Shown here: piece after piece, positions 1-12,001 of the stretch
Layout of the letters: the number at the start of each line of letters is the position of its first letter
Numbering within the stretch: the first letter of the stretch is position 1
Origin: Octopus sinensis
Taxonomy: Eukaryota
Length of the DNA stretch: 64,000 nt
NCBI RefSeq assembly: GCF_006345805.1
Contig: NW_021836147.1
Coordinates: 1 to 64,000, forward strand
Reading direction: 5' to 3'
Position numbers and translations under genes: made by a program
Notes under the pieces: model-generated
What the model was told of the DNA's origin: nothing
The model's database searches: none
What the model saw: only the letters and a program-made list of their open reading frames with translations

Positions 1-338
1 GGCTATGTACGACGTCAACGGAACTTAAGCTTCTTGCATTTTTACGTTGTTAGCTTGACAAAGCTTTCTACACGTTATCAAGTGTATTATTTGCTATTCT
101 AACATAGCAGCAAACACCTCTTAGTGGTCATAAACGACGACTCGCTATACGTCGCTGGTGAAGCTTAACGTGGCAGGAACGCATGCGTCCTAATGTCTGG
201 TGACGTCAACTTTGAAAGTGATTCCCTACCATATTTGCTGTCCAGTCATCGTAAACTAGTATAAGGAGAAAAGTATAGCTGTATGTGTGTGTATGTATAT
301 ATATATATATAGAGAGAGAAAAAATCTATTTACATAAT

Positions 339-396
339 GGTGGTGCTCCAGCATGGCCAGTCATTCGACTGAACCATATAAAAGAATAAAAGAATA
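339..396 (+). mobile_element. SINE family A, 3' tail fragment
   Basis: GGTGCTCCAGCATGGCCAGTC...GACTGAACC..TAAAAGAATAAAAGAA matches the 3' end of the full copies at 10380 and 21766. Confidence 0.65.
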
Positions 397-454
397 TATG
401 TACGTATGCATTTATATGTGTGTATGTATATATAGATGTACAAACAGACGTCTA

Positions 455-522
455 TATGTGTGTATGTACGTATGTACGTATGTATGTATGTATGTATGTA
501 ATTATGTATGTATGTATGTATG

Positions 523-553
<31 letters not shown>

Positions 554-590
554 TTATGTATGTATGTAATTATGTATGTATGTATGTACA
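455..590. repeat. (TATG)n microsatellite
   Basis: Direct reading. Confidence 0.95.
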
Positions 591-788
591 TATCGTGATA
601 GATCGGTAGCCACTATACACATTTTTTCTCTCCTTGTTTCTCTCCTTATTTCTTTTTGTGTCCCTTTCTGTAGAAGAGTGTAGGCTCGAAACGTTAAAGA
701 CTTTTTCAATTCCTGAGCGTTATACTAATACATCTGTTTGTTTTCTACACCACCTGTCTTCGTCTTTTGTCTTTTTTTCGTGAACTCT

Positions 789-793
<5 letters not shown>
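590..793 (+). mobile_element. Solo PLE pseudo-LTR (family related to the Neptune-like element), abutting (AT)n
   Basis: Similar to 16470-16695 and to the reverse complement of 61715-61920; carries an HHR-like motif at 664-699 and the shared TTCCTGAGCG..TAATAC block. Confidence 0.75.
664..699 (+). ncRNA. Putative minimal type I hammerhead, variant core CUGUAGA+A
   Basis: CTTT-CTGTAGA-A-GAGT(GTAG)GCTC-GAAA-CGTT/AAAG. Confidence 0.5.
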
Positions 794-823
<30 letters not shown>

Positions 824-999
824 GGACTCAACCGTTGTTAGACGAGGTATGAAGGTTCGACAATTTCTTACCGAACAACTACACAGATGATTTGTTTATT
901 GTAATCAAATGTTTGTGCTCTTATAAGCTCACTCCCTCCATTAAATCGACACTACATGTACAGGTGCAACTGGGTGCCACATGTCATATGTCAAAATGA

Positions 1000-1087
1000 T
1001 TGCAGAGCGACATGAAGACAACGCCCGGTCTGGGAATCGAATCCACGATCTCGCAATCGCGAGCGCCTCACCCTAACCACTAAGCCA
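1000..1087 (-). mobile_element. tRNA-derived SINE head fragment
   Basis: Reverse strand shows A box TGGCTTAGTGG and B box GGATTCGATTCCC, similar to the heads at 9136 and 38167. Confidence 0.6.
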
Positions 1088-1258
1088 TTAAAAATTAAAG
1101 CAGAAGCTCGAGAAAGAAACGAAAAGATAATTCACACACAGGAATATATACAGATAGCGGTGCTCCAGCATGGCCACAGCTCGTGAGCTTAAACTAGATG
1201 AAATGAAAAGAAAAAATATATATATGTGATATATATATGTGATATATATATATGATAT

Positions 1259-1296
<38 letters not shown>

Positions 1297-1315
1297 GATA
1301 TATATATATATATAT

Positions 1316-1524
1316 AGTTATTCCAAACAGGAAAACACAAACAAAAAAACAACAACGCAAGGACGTGGAACAAATAAAGTATTATTGGACGCTCAGGAAA
1401 GAAGGGAAGAAGGAGGGTTTGACGTTTCGAGCGGAGCTCTTCGTCGGAAACATAGGAGAAGGAAAGATCCCGAGAAGGGAAGACAAGGGGAAAAAAATTC
1501 TCTAGTAGTACAGACGAGGTCACA
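1316..1524 (-). mobile_element. Solo PLE pseudo-LTR, second family
   Basis: Closely similar to 6066-6270 and 17001-17202; abuts (AT)n; HHR-like motif at 1417-1451. Confidence 0.75.
1417..1451 (-). ncRNA. Putative minimal hammerhead, variant core CCGACGA+A, GUC site
   Basis: Reverse strand: GTTT-CCGACGA-A-GAGC(TCC)GCTC-GAAA-CGTC/AAAC. Confidence 0.55.
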
Positions 1525-1897
1525 TACTATATATATGCTCTCGCTTTCTCTCTCTCTCTCTCTCTAGGTATACACACACACACACATACGTATGCATGTA
1601 TTTATAGATGTATGTATGTAGTTGTGTGTGTATGTTTGCGCGCGCCGATGTGCGTTGAAAAGGTATTACCATAGGTCCGACTAATTTTTAAACCCAAGCA
1701 TGACAGAGAGAACTGTAGGAAGGGGGATTAAAGGATGAAATTTAGCTCTTATGTTGCAATTTTGGTTCAAGGCATAACGACGTTTTAATTACAACATCGT
1801 AAAGCAATATCTGGATAACATGAAACAAGGATGGTAAATAGGATAGCTATGGTAATGATGATGATGATGATGATTCCAATAGAAAGTGTATAGAAAC

Positions 1898-2123
1898 TCT
1901 CTTTATTCTTTACTCTCTTACTTGTTTCAGTCATTTGACTGCGTCCATGCTGGAGCACCGCCTTTAGTCGAGCAAATCGACCCATGGACTTTATTCTTTG
2001 TAAGCCTAGTACTTATTCTATCGGTCTCTTTTGGCGGAACTTTTGCCGAACCGCTAAGTTACGGGGACGTAAACACACCAGCATCGGTTGTCAAGCGATG
2101 TTGGGGGGACAAACACAAACACA

Positions 2124-2165
<42 letters not shown>

Positions 2166-2357
2166 TATATATATATATAATATATATATACATATATACG
2201 ACGGACTTCTTTCAGTTTCCGTCTACGAAATCCACTCACAAGGCTTTGGTCGACCCGAGGCTATAGTAGAAGACACTTGCCTAAGGTGCCACACAGTGGG
2301 ATTGAACCCGGAACCATGGTTGGTAAACAAGCTACTTACCACACAGCCAGTCCTGCA
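1898..2357 (-). mobile_element. SINE family A, full length, with internal (CA)/(TA) microsatellite
   Basis: Reverse complement of the 10380-10768 copy; Pol III A box and B box in the head. Confidence 0.9.
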
Positions 2358-3349
2358 TTTGTATGTTTTTATAGAATTTCTTTTTTGTTAGACTAAATCC
2401 GTTGTCAGTTTTAATACCATCAGTAGCTGGAGTGCAGCGACTTCATCTGACTGATCCGCACTCTAGCAAGATCAGATCAAAGTTTCAAAATAACTTCTTT
2501 TCAACATTTTGAGAGGTTCTGAAGAAGATCATGAGAACTGATTCTATTGCCTATGTCATGTAAATTATTTTTTAAATCAAAGTGTTAATAACAAATACAA
2601 TGGAACTATTCTGCTTCTTTATTTGGTTCTCAACACACTTTTGTTATCACTGCCATCAACTCTAAAATTTCTGCATTAGATCAGGTGGATACTGGAAACT
2701 GACAGTAACTGTCGCAAGAAATTTAATTTGCACTACGATTAGTGGATTAGATTAACAAGATATACCATTTTCTTGAAATCAAATATAATTTCACACCATG
2801 AAATAATAATATAAGTGAAATGTTTTGTTGTATCTTCCTGTAAGAGTAAGGCGCGGATGTAGCTCACAATTCCATGGCAACCTAGGTTCTTACGATTCTG
2901 ATAAGTTAAGGAAAAAAAAAGACAATATCAAAAATCACGATTTTTAATCTTATTGAAATTGCGTTTTCTTTTTGCTTTATTCTTTAAACTTAATTTCTTA
3001 CATGCAAAACTAGTCTTGAAGTAAAATTTAATTAAAGAGTAGAACAATGATTACATTTTACTGATAAATAAAATAATGTAAGAAGCAATTTTTAATTTTT
3101 TTTCATTTTTGTATGTGTTTATATGGAGGGGAAGTACTTGATATAAAGGCATGTAAGAGTGAGCAAAACGCAGAGAAAAAATATGTAATAATGATTGATC
3201 CACAATGGAAAGTGAACGTCAATAAAACGATACAAGCTATACACGAGAAAAAACTAAAAAAAAAATGTTAAGTCATGTAGAAATACGCCGCCACGAAAAA
3301 GCTGTCACCTTCAAGAGAATAGGTTATCTATGTAAAGAATCAAACTATG

Positions 3350-3919
3350 TATTGGGTTGTCCAGAAAGTTCATGCCGATTTTTAAAGGAAAGAAAAGGGC
3401 CAATAAATACTTGCCATTACATTTTTATTCAATCAAATATAAACCATTTTGTTGCACAATGCGTCTCCATCTTTCCTTTAACTTGAAAATACCCTCTTCT
3501 CAGAATTGAGGTGGTTTCGTGGCAAAGAATACATCAAGGTATCTTTTTATGTCATCCAAGGAATTGAAATTTTTACCATTAAGACTATTCTGCAGAGACC
3601 TGAATAAGTAGAAATCCAAAGGAGCAATATCTGGTGAATATGGAGCGTAGGGTAACACATCCCAGCCGAGCTGCAGCAATTTTTGTCTGATTCCCAAAGA
3701 ATCAAGTGCCGAAAAAGGACTTTCTTATCTTCCATTTTAAAGGGTTACAGAATTAACACAGGTTATAGGAATATAAACCTTCTTCCACGAAAAGATAGCT
3801 TAAACTGTGCTGTAACTGGAGGTGTAGTCAAATCCTATTTTATGGACTCAACCACGTTCTAAAATAAGTCGAAAGGTAAGCTACTATAAATTGGCATGGA
3901 CTTTCCGAACAACCCAATA
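3350..3919 (-). mobile_element. Internally deleted Tc1/mariner element (transposase C-terminal remnant)
   Basis: TIRs TATTGGGTTGT(C/T)C(A/G)GAAAGT(T/C)CATGCC at both ends with TA duplication; ORF 3500-3697 has LGWDVLPYAPYSPDIAPLDFYLFRSLQN (mariner YSPDLAP motif). Confidence 0.92.
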
Positions 3920-4381
3920 AAACTATGGCAGAATGGACAATCTACAGTGGAATGTACAAGGTAAATAGAGAACAAAAAATAGTGTAATTCATAGGAATTC
4001 GAAAATACTCATAGGAATTCGAAAAAGTGGGCTATACATCTACCAACTGGTTGAATTGTATCAACGGGGAAATCAAAGTAGAATATAAAAAAAGTTTAGT
4101 TAAGCTAAGAGTATTGTTTGTAGAAATTTCCCCTTATATATTTAAAGGTTTTTAGCAGCCCCTTTAGATCACTAATAAAGCCTTTATAGGTGTCATGTTA
4201 TGCTTTGCAGAATCTAGTGACGTGTTCCACATGTTTAGATATAAGGCCTCAATTTTTATAAAATTAATAATAGTTCCATACTTGCTACAAATTAACGTTA
4301 CATATCTTTTTCTTTTTTCTAAAAAAACCTAATATTTTTTCTTTGGGTAACTTCTCTCTGAAGTGCATTTGTATATATTAG

Positions 4382-5045
4382 AAGTGTAGTGGTAGTGGTG
4401 GTGGTGGAGGTGGTGGTGGTGGTGGTAGTAGTAGTAGTGTGGTGGTAGTGGTGGTGGTGGAGGTGGTGGTGATGGTGGTGGTAGTAGTAATAGTAACAGT
4501 AGTAGTAGTAGTAGTAGTGGTGGTGGTGGTGGTGGTGGTGGTGGTGGTGGTGTGGTGGTGGTAGTAGTAGTAGTGGTGGTAGTAGTGGTGGTGGTGGTGG
4601 GTGGTGGTGGTGGTGGTGGTGGTGTGGTAGTGGTAGTATTGGTGGTGGTAGTAGTAGTATTGGTGGTGGTAGTGGTGGTGGTACTGGTGGTGGTAGTGGT
4701 GGTGGTGGTGGTAGTAGTAGTGAAAGTAATAGTAGTAGTAGTAGTGGTGGTGGTGGTGGTGGTGGTGGTGGTGGTAGTAGTGGTGGTAGTGGTGGTGGTG
4801 GTGGTGGTGGTGGTAGTAGTAGTAGTGGTGGTAGTGGTGGTGGTGGAGGTGGTGGTGGTGGTGGTGGTGGTGGTAGTAGTAGTAGTAATAGTAATAGTAG
4901 TAGTAGTATTGGTGGTGGTAGTGGTGGTGGTACTGGTGGTGGTGGTGGTGTTGCTGCTGCTGCTGCTGCTGCTACGGCGGCGGTGGTGGTGGTGGTGGTG
5001 GTGACGGCGGCGGCTGCGGCGGCTGCGTTGGTGGTGGTGGTTAAC
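4382..5045. repeat. Compound (GGT)n/(GTA)n trinucleotide repeat
   Basis: Direct reading; accounts for the poly-P/H/V ORFs. Confidence 0.95.
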
Positions 5046-5679
5046 AGTAGTATAATCCCAGCTAGCTCAGAGTGAATAGACATTTGGTCAATGTTTCTTC
5101 TAATCTTTTACTATGGATAACGTGCAGAAATCTGCTGGTCCGCAAATTTTCTTTTTTATCTTACATTTTTTTTTTTACAAACAAAAAAAAAAACAAAAAA
5201 ACACTATGTGTCTATCCACAAGAGTAATCTTCAATTAAAAAAAAAGAAAATTCGATTTCATCTTAAAACTCTTTGTATGCACATTTTTTTCTTTTATGCG
5301 CTAGTTGCAAAACTGTGCATACCAATGAGCACACACTTAGATGAGATATGACCAATGGTCAATGACATTCCTGCCAGGAAAAGCTTGTCTTTTTATATCA
5401 ATATATAAAAACCTCATAGACTTATGTGAACTTCCTTTTTGAAGACGATAGCGCATAAGGGGGAAATTGAGCAGCTATTTCTTGCATTGTGAATGATTTG
5501 CATAATAACTCCATCATTTGTAAGCTTCTGGTAGGCAGAATTTCATGCCGAAACGGGTTACTGATGGTATATTTCATATGCGTCAAGTATGTATGTATGT
5601 ATGTATGTATGTATGTGTGTGAGTGTACGTATGTGTGTATGTGTGTGCGCGAGTATATAGTTGCATTCATTAATGCGTG

Positions 5680-5723
<44 letters not shown>

Positions 5724-5750
5724 CATACACACATACATATAAATATATAT

Positions 5751-5801
<51 letters not shown>

Positions 5802-5810
5802 TAGATATAT

Positions 5811-6037
5811 ATACCGGAGTAAGCACATAAATGTGAAAACAAGGTGGAAAAAAGAGTACTCAAATACCAGGGGTAGAGTAATATGCTTTATTTAAAAGGA
5901 TCAGAGATATAACCAAAGCTGTTACTCAGAGTTTCACGTTCCCGTTCGTCGGACAGTTTTTTTAACAAAACTGTCCGACGAACAGGACGTGACACTCTGA
6001 GTAACAGCTTTGGTTATATTTCTGCTGTTTTTAAATA
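5811..6037. mobile_element. PLE-type terminus folded back on itself (about 72-bp imperfect inverted arms, 5889-6037)
   Basis: Arms 5889-5960 and 5967-6037; each arm holds an HHR-like motif; flanked by (GATA)n and (AT)n. Confidence 0.7.
5919..5956 (-). ncRNA. Putative type I hammerhead, core CCGACGA, GUA site
   Basis: Reverse strand: CTGT-CCGACGA-ACG(GGAA)CGT-GAAA-CTCTGAG-TA/ACAG; decayed inverted copy at 5971-6007 (GAAA to GACA). Confidence 0.6.
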
Positions 6038-6065
6038 TAGTATATATATATATATATATATATAT

Positions 6066-6270
6066 AGTTAATCCAACAAGAAAGCACAAAAAAACACAAC
6101 AACGCGAGGACGTGGAACAAATATAGTATTATTGGACGCTCAGGAAAGAAGGAAAGAAGGAGGTTTAACGTTTCGAGCGGAGCTCTTGGTCGGAAACATA
6201 GGAGAAGGAAAGATCCAGAGAAGGGAGGACAGAGGAAAAAAAATCGCCAACGGTACACACGAGGTCACAT
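6066..6270 (-). mobile_element. Solo PLE pseudo-LTR, second family (HHR core decayed to CCGACCA)
   Basis: Similar to 1316-1524 and 17001-17202. Confidence 0.75.
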
Positions 6271-6410
6271 TTTATATATATATATATATATATGATAAAA
6301 CGAATGTTTTTTACCTGGTATTTTACTGGTAAAGCATGGTCACTTTCACAGTGTTCGTTATGTGCATGGTAAGGAAAGACGGAAGATAAAAGATAGGAGA
6401 ATTTTTATTA

Positions 6411-6501
6411 ATCACAACAATTGTCTCGAAACATCTAGCATCGCTCTTTCGCGGGTGGGATACTTAACATCCGACGGTGCAGGTGTGTCTCTTCAGGCAA
6501 T
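6411..6501 (-). ncRNA. Decayed hammerhead motif in the PLE 3' terminus
   Basis: ATTGC-CTGAAGA-GACACA...TGTTTC-GAGA(for GAAA)-CAATTG-TT/GTGAT; palindromic helix III ACAATTGT. Confidence 0.5.
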
Positions 6502-6914
6502 AAATAGATATAACTCGTTAAGATAACAGTTCCGCAATGCATCTTCTCATTTCGCGGAAAGAAAAGCAGCAAAACAAAGGATATATCTTCATTTATATAG
6601 GAAATCAAAAATAAAATAACAGATGCAAAAGAGAAACGAACACGCAATACAGTGGAAAAAGTATTAAAAATAACCGTTAATGGATAAGGATGTATAAACG
6701 CCCCCGTGCAAGCTGGATGGCGCATGTAAACTCGCTTATACAAGCATCCATGAGGATGTGAGCATGCACACACGTGTGGTTTGGTGCACACACGTTTACA
6801 TAACGAGTTAAATAGCTACTTGGTGTTTATAAGAATGGAGAGGTTAAAACTAAATTTAATTCGTCCATACCTTAAAGTAAATTTTAGTAATAGTTATTCA
6901 AATTCACTCCTTCT

Positions 6915-7340
6915 GCTTTGTGCGAAAGTACATTTATAGTCATGTAGGCATCTTGAGAGAATCTTTCAGAAATTCTATTAATGATCTTCTTATTTGTCTA
7001 CTGAGTAGACAGGGATTTCTCGGAGCAGAGTCGGCACCTACTGGAAATGATATTGTATGGTTTTGCGTGCCTTACTATGGCCAAAGTTATGCTACACTTA
7101 ATTTTATCTACCTTCAGTCGCCACACAAAATCGGCCAAAAATGTTGAATGTCTCTTATTGATTCTTTTGAAGCTGGCGACATGGTTGCAATACCGATTCT
7201 TAAACGAATCAATCGTTTGCTCGATGTAAACATACGACCCACCCCTTGTGTGCACGGTACACTTATATACAAGGTTTGTACTCATACAGAGGTTCATCAA
7301 CTGGCCTTTTAATTTCTCTCTGCATGAGCATTTATTATAT
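6915..7340 (-). pseudogene. GIY-YIG endonuclease remnant of a PLE
   Basis: CSCR...LCMSTNLVYKCTV..YVYIEQT.DSFKNRYCNHVASF..HSTFLADFVWRLK...AKPYN..SSRCRLC. Confidence 0.8.
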
Positions 7341-7410
7341 ATATTTGTATACATGGCAGTTCTGACTTCATTTTAAGACGTTGTTACTGTGTTAGCTATA
7401 TTATAATCTT

Positions 7411-7670
7411 TTGTGTCTGGGGAGAATCATTTTCTTTTTGTGCCTTATAATGTAACACACTCACCAATAAAATTTCCACTTATTACTTATTTTTATTTTC
7501 CTAAAATTTTCATTGCCTCTTGCAACCGTTTCAATAGTCTTGACTATTGAAAAGGTTGCAAGACGCAACGAAAACTTTAGGAAAATAAAAATAAGAAATA
7601 AGTGGAAATTTTACCGGTGATTGTGTTACATAATAAGGCACAAAAAGAAAATGACTCACCCCAGACACAA
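7411..7670. repeat. Fold-back palindrome (about 129-bp arms, centre 7540-7541); same family as 56079-56423
   Basis: TTGTGTCTGGGGAG...TCAATAGTC-TT-GACTATTGA...CCCCAGACACAA. Confidence 0.9.
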
Positions 7671-7913
7671 CAGAATATGCTTCAACACACGAACTCAAAT
7701 AAAGAATCTTGCAAACCAATTCCAAAAACGAAATATATTATAATCACTTCTATCACAATTTGGCCGTATTTGTTGCTTTCCATAACGGTTTATATCTCCT
7801 TCGTTGGTATTTAGATGCGTATGTTTGCTATATCCAGTAGCTGGGTTATTGAACTGTTGTCGCATTTTACTATTGTTAATGCGGTGCATAATGAATTTGA
7901 CTAACTGTCAACG

Positions 7914-8218
7914 TAATTTACTTTAAGGTATGGACGAATTAAGTTTAGTTTTAACCTCCTTATTCTTGTAAACATCAAGTAGCTATTTTACTCGCTATGT
8001 GAAAGCGTGTGCACCAAACCACACCTGTGTGTATGCTTAATTCTTCATAGATGCTTGTATGAGCGAGTGTACTTGCGCCATGAAGCTTGCCCGAGGGCAT
8101 TTATACATCCATACGTGTTAACGGTTATTTTTAATACTTTTCTCGCTGTATTGCGTGTTCGTTTCTCTTTTGCATCCGTCATTTTATTTGTGATCTTCTA
8201 GATAAATGACGATATATA
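7914..8218 (+). repeat. Inverted copy of PLE 3' region 6582-6892 (about 80 percent identical by eye)
   Basis: ACTTTAAGGTATGGACGAATT versus AATTCGTCCATACCTTAAAGT, and continuing. Confidence 0.85.
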
Positions 8219-9135
8219 CCGTTGGTATATTCTCGTACCCAAATCCAAATTAACATCTATAAAATTAAACCTAATCATGTTAATTTTCAATGGAAATAGA
8301 CGACCTTGACCTCAAAATAAGTTGAAGAAATTTTCCGGGATTTCCAAGTCTACATTACTAGATTTATGCACAATAAAGAGAGTGTCGCTCAACAGCTCCG
8401 AAAATTCGCTATTAGTACATTTTAAAATTAAAATTCCCACTACACCATTTACGGAATCTCTGGAATCTATAATAAAGTGAAACTCATCTGGTCTATCGTT
8501 TCTGATCCTGTATTTTCCTTCAAACTCAATTATAGGTCCTCTAGCACCTAGTATAATCTCTATTTCGTTTTAGATGAGCTGGAGCTTGCCATTGCGAATG
8601 TTAATGCTTTATAATGTAAAGTTGGATTAATTGATGCAAAGTAATCTAATTGTATAAATTTAATCAGTTTTTTACTTTTGATATTAGCAAACCAACTTAT
8701 TACTTCATATGAACTAGACCATAAGTTAAGTTTAATTATGTTTCCAAGTTTAGGTATGTGCTTGTCAATATAAATTTACTAATTTTGCCTATATCCAATT
8801 TAGAAGGGGATATAAGCCTGACAAAGGGATTAGTAAAGTTGGACTTATGAACTTCGGATTAATTCTAGGAGTTTTAGTAATGTAGATTATGTTCTATCTT
8901 CTAGATGCAATCCCTCTACTATTTTCTATACCTGTAAGCTAATATTCAACTAGTTATTTTCAGAAGTTACATAATTTTTCAGAATTTCTTTCCTAACGAA
9001 AGAAGAATAGAGTTTATAATCCAAACGGTATGTATTACCGGTTTTATCTGCGGCTTTTTTCGTAGCTCCGTAACTAAAAGGTGTAATTTTTTCATCATAC
9101 GTATAGGGAATCGATGGAAGTTTATGTTCCGGATT

Positions 9136-9468
9136 GTGAGGGCGCGTGGCTTAGTGGTTAGGGCATTCGACTCATGATCGTAAGGTTGTGAGTTCGATTC
9201 CCGGCGACGCGTTGTGTCCTTGAGCAAGACACTTTATTTCACGTTGCTCCAGTCCACTCAGCTGGCAAAAATGAGTTGTACTTGTATTTCAAAGGGTCAG
9301 CCTTGTCACTCTGTGTTACGCTGATTATCCCCGAGAACTACGATAAGGGTACACGTGTCTGTGGAGTGCTCAGCCACTTACACGTTAATTTCACGAGCAA
9401 GCTGTTCCGTTGATCTTATCAGCTGGGACCCTCGTCGTCGTAACCGGCGGAGTCTTTTAGTCTTTAGA
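9136..9468 (+). mobile_element. SINE family C, full length, inserted in the Hydra-like PLE
   Basis: A box TGGCTTAGTGG, B box GAGTTCGATTCC; 12-bp TSD ATGTTCCGGATT at 9124-9135 and 9469-9480. Confidence 0.92.
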
Positions 9469-9777
9469 ATGTTCCGGATTACATTCCATTGTTCGTCTTC
9501 AAAGCTCTCGAGTTGTAGTGTAGTTGGTGGAATCCTCTGAGATTTAAATATCTACTTTAATCCTTCGTCGTTATTGATCAGATCATCGTCCTTCGCCTTC
9601 CTATCAAAATGATATACCCGCCTCTCATGCGGGAAATATGAAAGAGGTGGTTTTATCTTAACAATTCTGAATGTTTTCTATCATTCGATGTGGTCAGCAA
9701 AATCTGGATATTGTATTAGAGTGTTCATATGATACTTGCCCGATTTCAAACTCCTATTCTTTTGCGTTATATATATC

Positions 9778-9848
<71 letters not shown>

Positions 9849-9861
9849 ACTTTATTCTTCT

Positions 9862-10044
9862 ATTCTTATACTTGTCTCAGTTATTTCATTGCGGCCATGC
9901 TAGAACACAACTTTAAAGGACTTTTTTTTTAAAGAAATCGATCTCTTTGTAAGCCTAGTACTTATTCTATCAGTCTCTTTTGCCGAACCGCTAAGTTACG
10001 GGTTATAAACACACCATCATCAGGTGTCAAGTTATGGCAGGTGG

Positions 10045-10050
<6 letters not shown>
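9862..10050 (-). mobile_element. SINE family A, 3' half
   Basis: Reverse complement of the family A tail. Confidence 0.75.
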
Positions 10051-10092
<42 letters not shown>

Positions 10093-10379
10093 ACACACGC
10101 ACACAAGGTAGTCATAGCTGAAATCATTTTATGATAGATATACTGAGGCAGGGTCAGGTTGGGGTTAAGTAACAGCTAGAGCTTAAGCTATCAACAGAGT
10201 TTCCTTGTGGTTGCTTGATCTGTTAAAATTGCAGTCACTCGTACAATTACAACTAGCAGCTGAATAACCCTCATATCATACTCTGCTATCTTTAGAAACG
10301 ATACTTTCAGCTATGTAGTTCCGGACATACAAACAGATAAAGGCTGGAGTGCCTTTCATCAGAGATTTTACTCAATATA

Positions 10380-10768
10380 GGCGCAGGAGTGGCTGTGTGG
10401 TAAGTAGCTTGCTAACCAACCACATGGTTCCGGGTTCAGTCCCACTGCGTGGCATTTTGGGCAAGTGTCTTCTGCTATAGCCCCGGGCCGACCAATGCCT
10501 TGTGAGTGGATTTGGTAGATGGAAACTGAAAGAAGCCTGTCGTATATATGTATATATATATATTTGTGTGTATGTGTGTTTGTCCCCCTAGCATTGCTTG
10601 ACAACCGATGCTGGTGTGTTTACGTCCCCGTCACTTAGCGGTTCGGCAAAACAGACCGATAGAATAAGTACTGGGCTTACAAAGAATAAGTCCCTGGGTC
10701 GATTTGATCGACTAAAGGCGGTGCTCCAGCATGACCGCAGTCAAATGACTGAAACAAGTAAAAGAGTA
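10380..10768 (+). mobile_element. SINE family A, full length
   Basis: GGCGCAGGAGTGGCTGTGTGG..GGTTCAGTCCC head; internal (TA)/(TG) tract; tail GAAACAAGTAAAAGAG. Confidence 0.93.
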
Positions 10769-11110
10769 ATCAGTGTTGACTCGGTGCTAAACAACAAAGC
10801 CAGAGTTGGAATGTTTAATTTTTACCCCTATTCTACGTAAACTTACGGCAAATACCTTAGGCCATTTGCTCAACTGCGATTTAAAATTTTACCTATCTTC
10901 AGAATTAACCAATTTCCTGTACGAATCTGGACTTATTTTTCATGCGCTTCTAAGAAATAGCCCTACTCGAAATCAAACCAGGAATGTTTAAACTTCAAAG
11001 TCAAAACTGCTGGCAAATGATATTATATTTGATTATATTCCTGAACTCTGAACATCTTCAGACACTTTTTTTCTTCCAACTACTCATCTTTAAAGTTAAT
11101 TTTTGATAGG

Positions 11111-11327
11111 TGTTGACGGACAAAAGTAAATGTTCAATTTATGCACCGAAAAGACTTCTAGAATGTTCTAGAATCTAGAGCATTTTTAGTGAGACTATAA
11201 AAACCTCGAAGTTCAGCTCTCTATCGAGATTACTCGTGTTGTTGCTGAAGGCTATGGTTTACATTAATAAGAAATTTCAACTCTCATCTTTTGGAAATGT
11301 CATTATATTTCATTCATACACGCAACA
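11111..11327 (+). mobile_element. Possible solo LTR
   Basis: TGTTG...CAACA termini and internal CTATAAAA at 11195; no TSD recognised. Confidence 0.3.
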
Positions 11328-11357
11328 CATGAAATTACAAAGAATTGTACTAATGTA

Positions 11358-11447
11358 CATGTATATAAAAAGGCTAATGTATATAAAAATGTAATGTCTA
11401 TCAAAATGTAATGTATATAAAAATGCTAATGTATATAAAAATGCTAA
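11358..11447. repeat. Approximately 18-bp minisatellite (AATGTATATAAAAATGCT)
   Basis: About 5 degenerate units. Confidence 0.8.
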
Positions 11448-11879
11448 AGATAATTCTTTGTTCCCTATATTTTTATTGCTATAGAATCTTCAACAACAAA
11501 CAAATACAAGCTTAATCACCAGATTTATAATTCTATATTATTTTATACTGTTTTATTCGAACTTTGGTTTTTAACCAGTATTTTTTAAAATTTGCAAATA
11601 AAATTGATCCCACATTTTCCTAACCCGTCTTTCTAGGGCACACTGCTAAAGTAGACCAAGTGTACACTAATTTTCTAGCATTGGCACTGGGCCTTAAATT
11701 TGAAGAATCAATAGAATCGATTACATCGACCTCGAAGCTAAACTAATTCTTATTTTATTGACCTCAAAACGATAGAAGGCCAAGTTTATTGCAAATGCGT
11801 TCGAACTCAAAATGAAAAGATATGTGTTTCAAGAAGCACAAAGCATTCCACCGATTCAGTCAAAGAGCCTAGCTATAAG

Positions 11880-11999
11880 TAAATATCTTATTGCGGTAAA
11901 TGGGGCAACCTTAGGTAAGTGTCTTCTATAGCTTAGGGCCGGCCAAAGCCTTGTGAGTGGATTTGATAGACGGAAAGTGAAAGAAGCCCAGCACGTGCA
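11880..11999 (+). mobile_element. SINE family A, 5' half, ending at the PLE insertion
   Basis: AAGTGTCTTCTATAGC..GTGAGTGGATTTGATAGACGGAAAGTGAAAGAAGCCC. Confidence 0.7.
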
Positions 12000-12001
12000 T
12001 A

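Larger units (their letters stand above)
6330..9710 (-). mobile_element. Decayed, rearranged Penelope-like element, Hydra-type (RT plus C-terminal GIY-YIG)
   Basis: Minus-strand fragments in the expected order: FKSQRIPP..LESFED (about 9560-9480), KAADKTGNTYRL (about 9060), RLISP..KISKFILDK..LNLWSSSYEVISWF (about 8800-8700), IEIILGAR, FNFIDVNLDL (about 8250), then the GIY-YIG region 7330-6915; HHR-like motif in the 3' terminus at 6411-6501. Confidence 0.75.

Noticed and set aside
2870-2881. RFX X-box-like CCATGGCAAC (and GGTAACTAGCAAC near 30345)
   Set aside because: Half or imperfect sites with no associated gene start
9136-9210. tRNA-like heads (also at 10380, 21136, 38100)
   Set aside because: They have Pol III A and B boxes but no complete cloverleaf; they run into SINE bodies and several have TSDs, so they are SINEs, not tRNA genes
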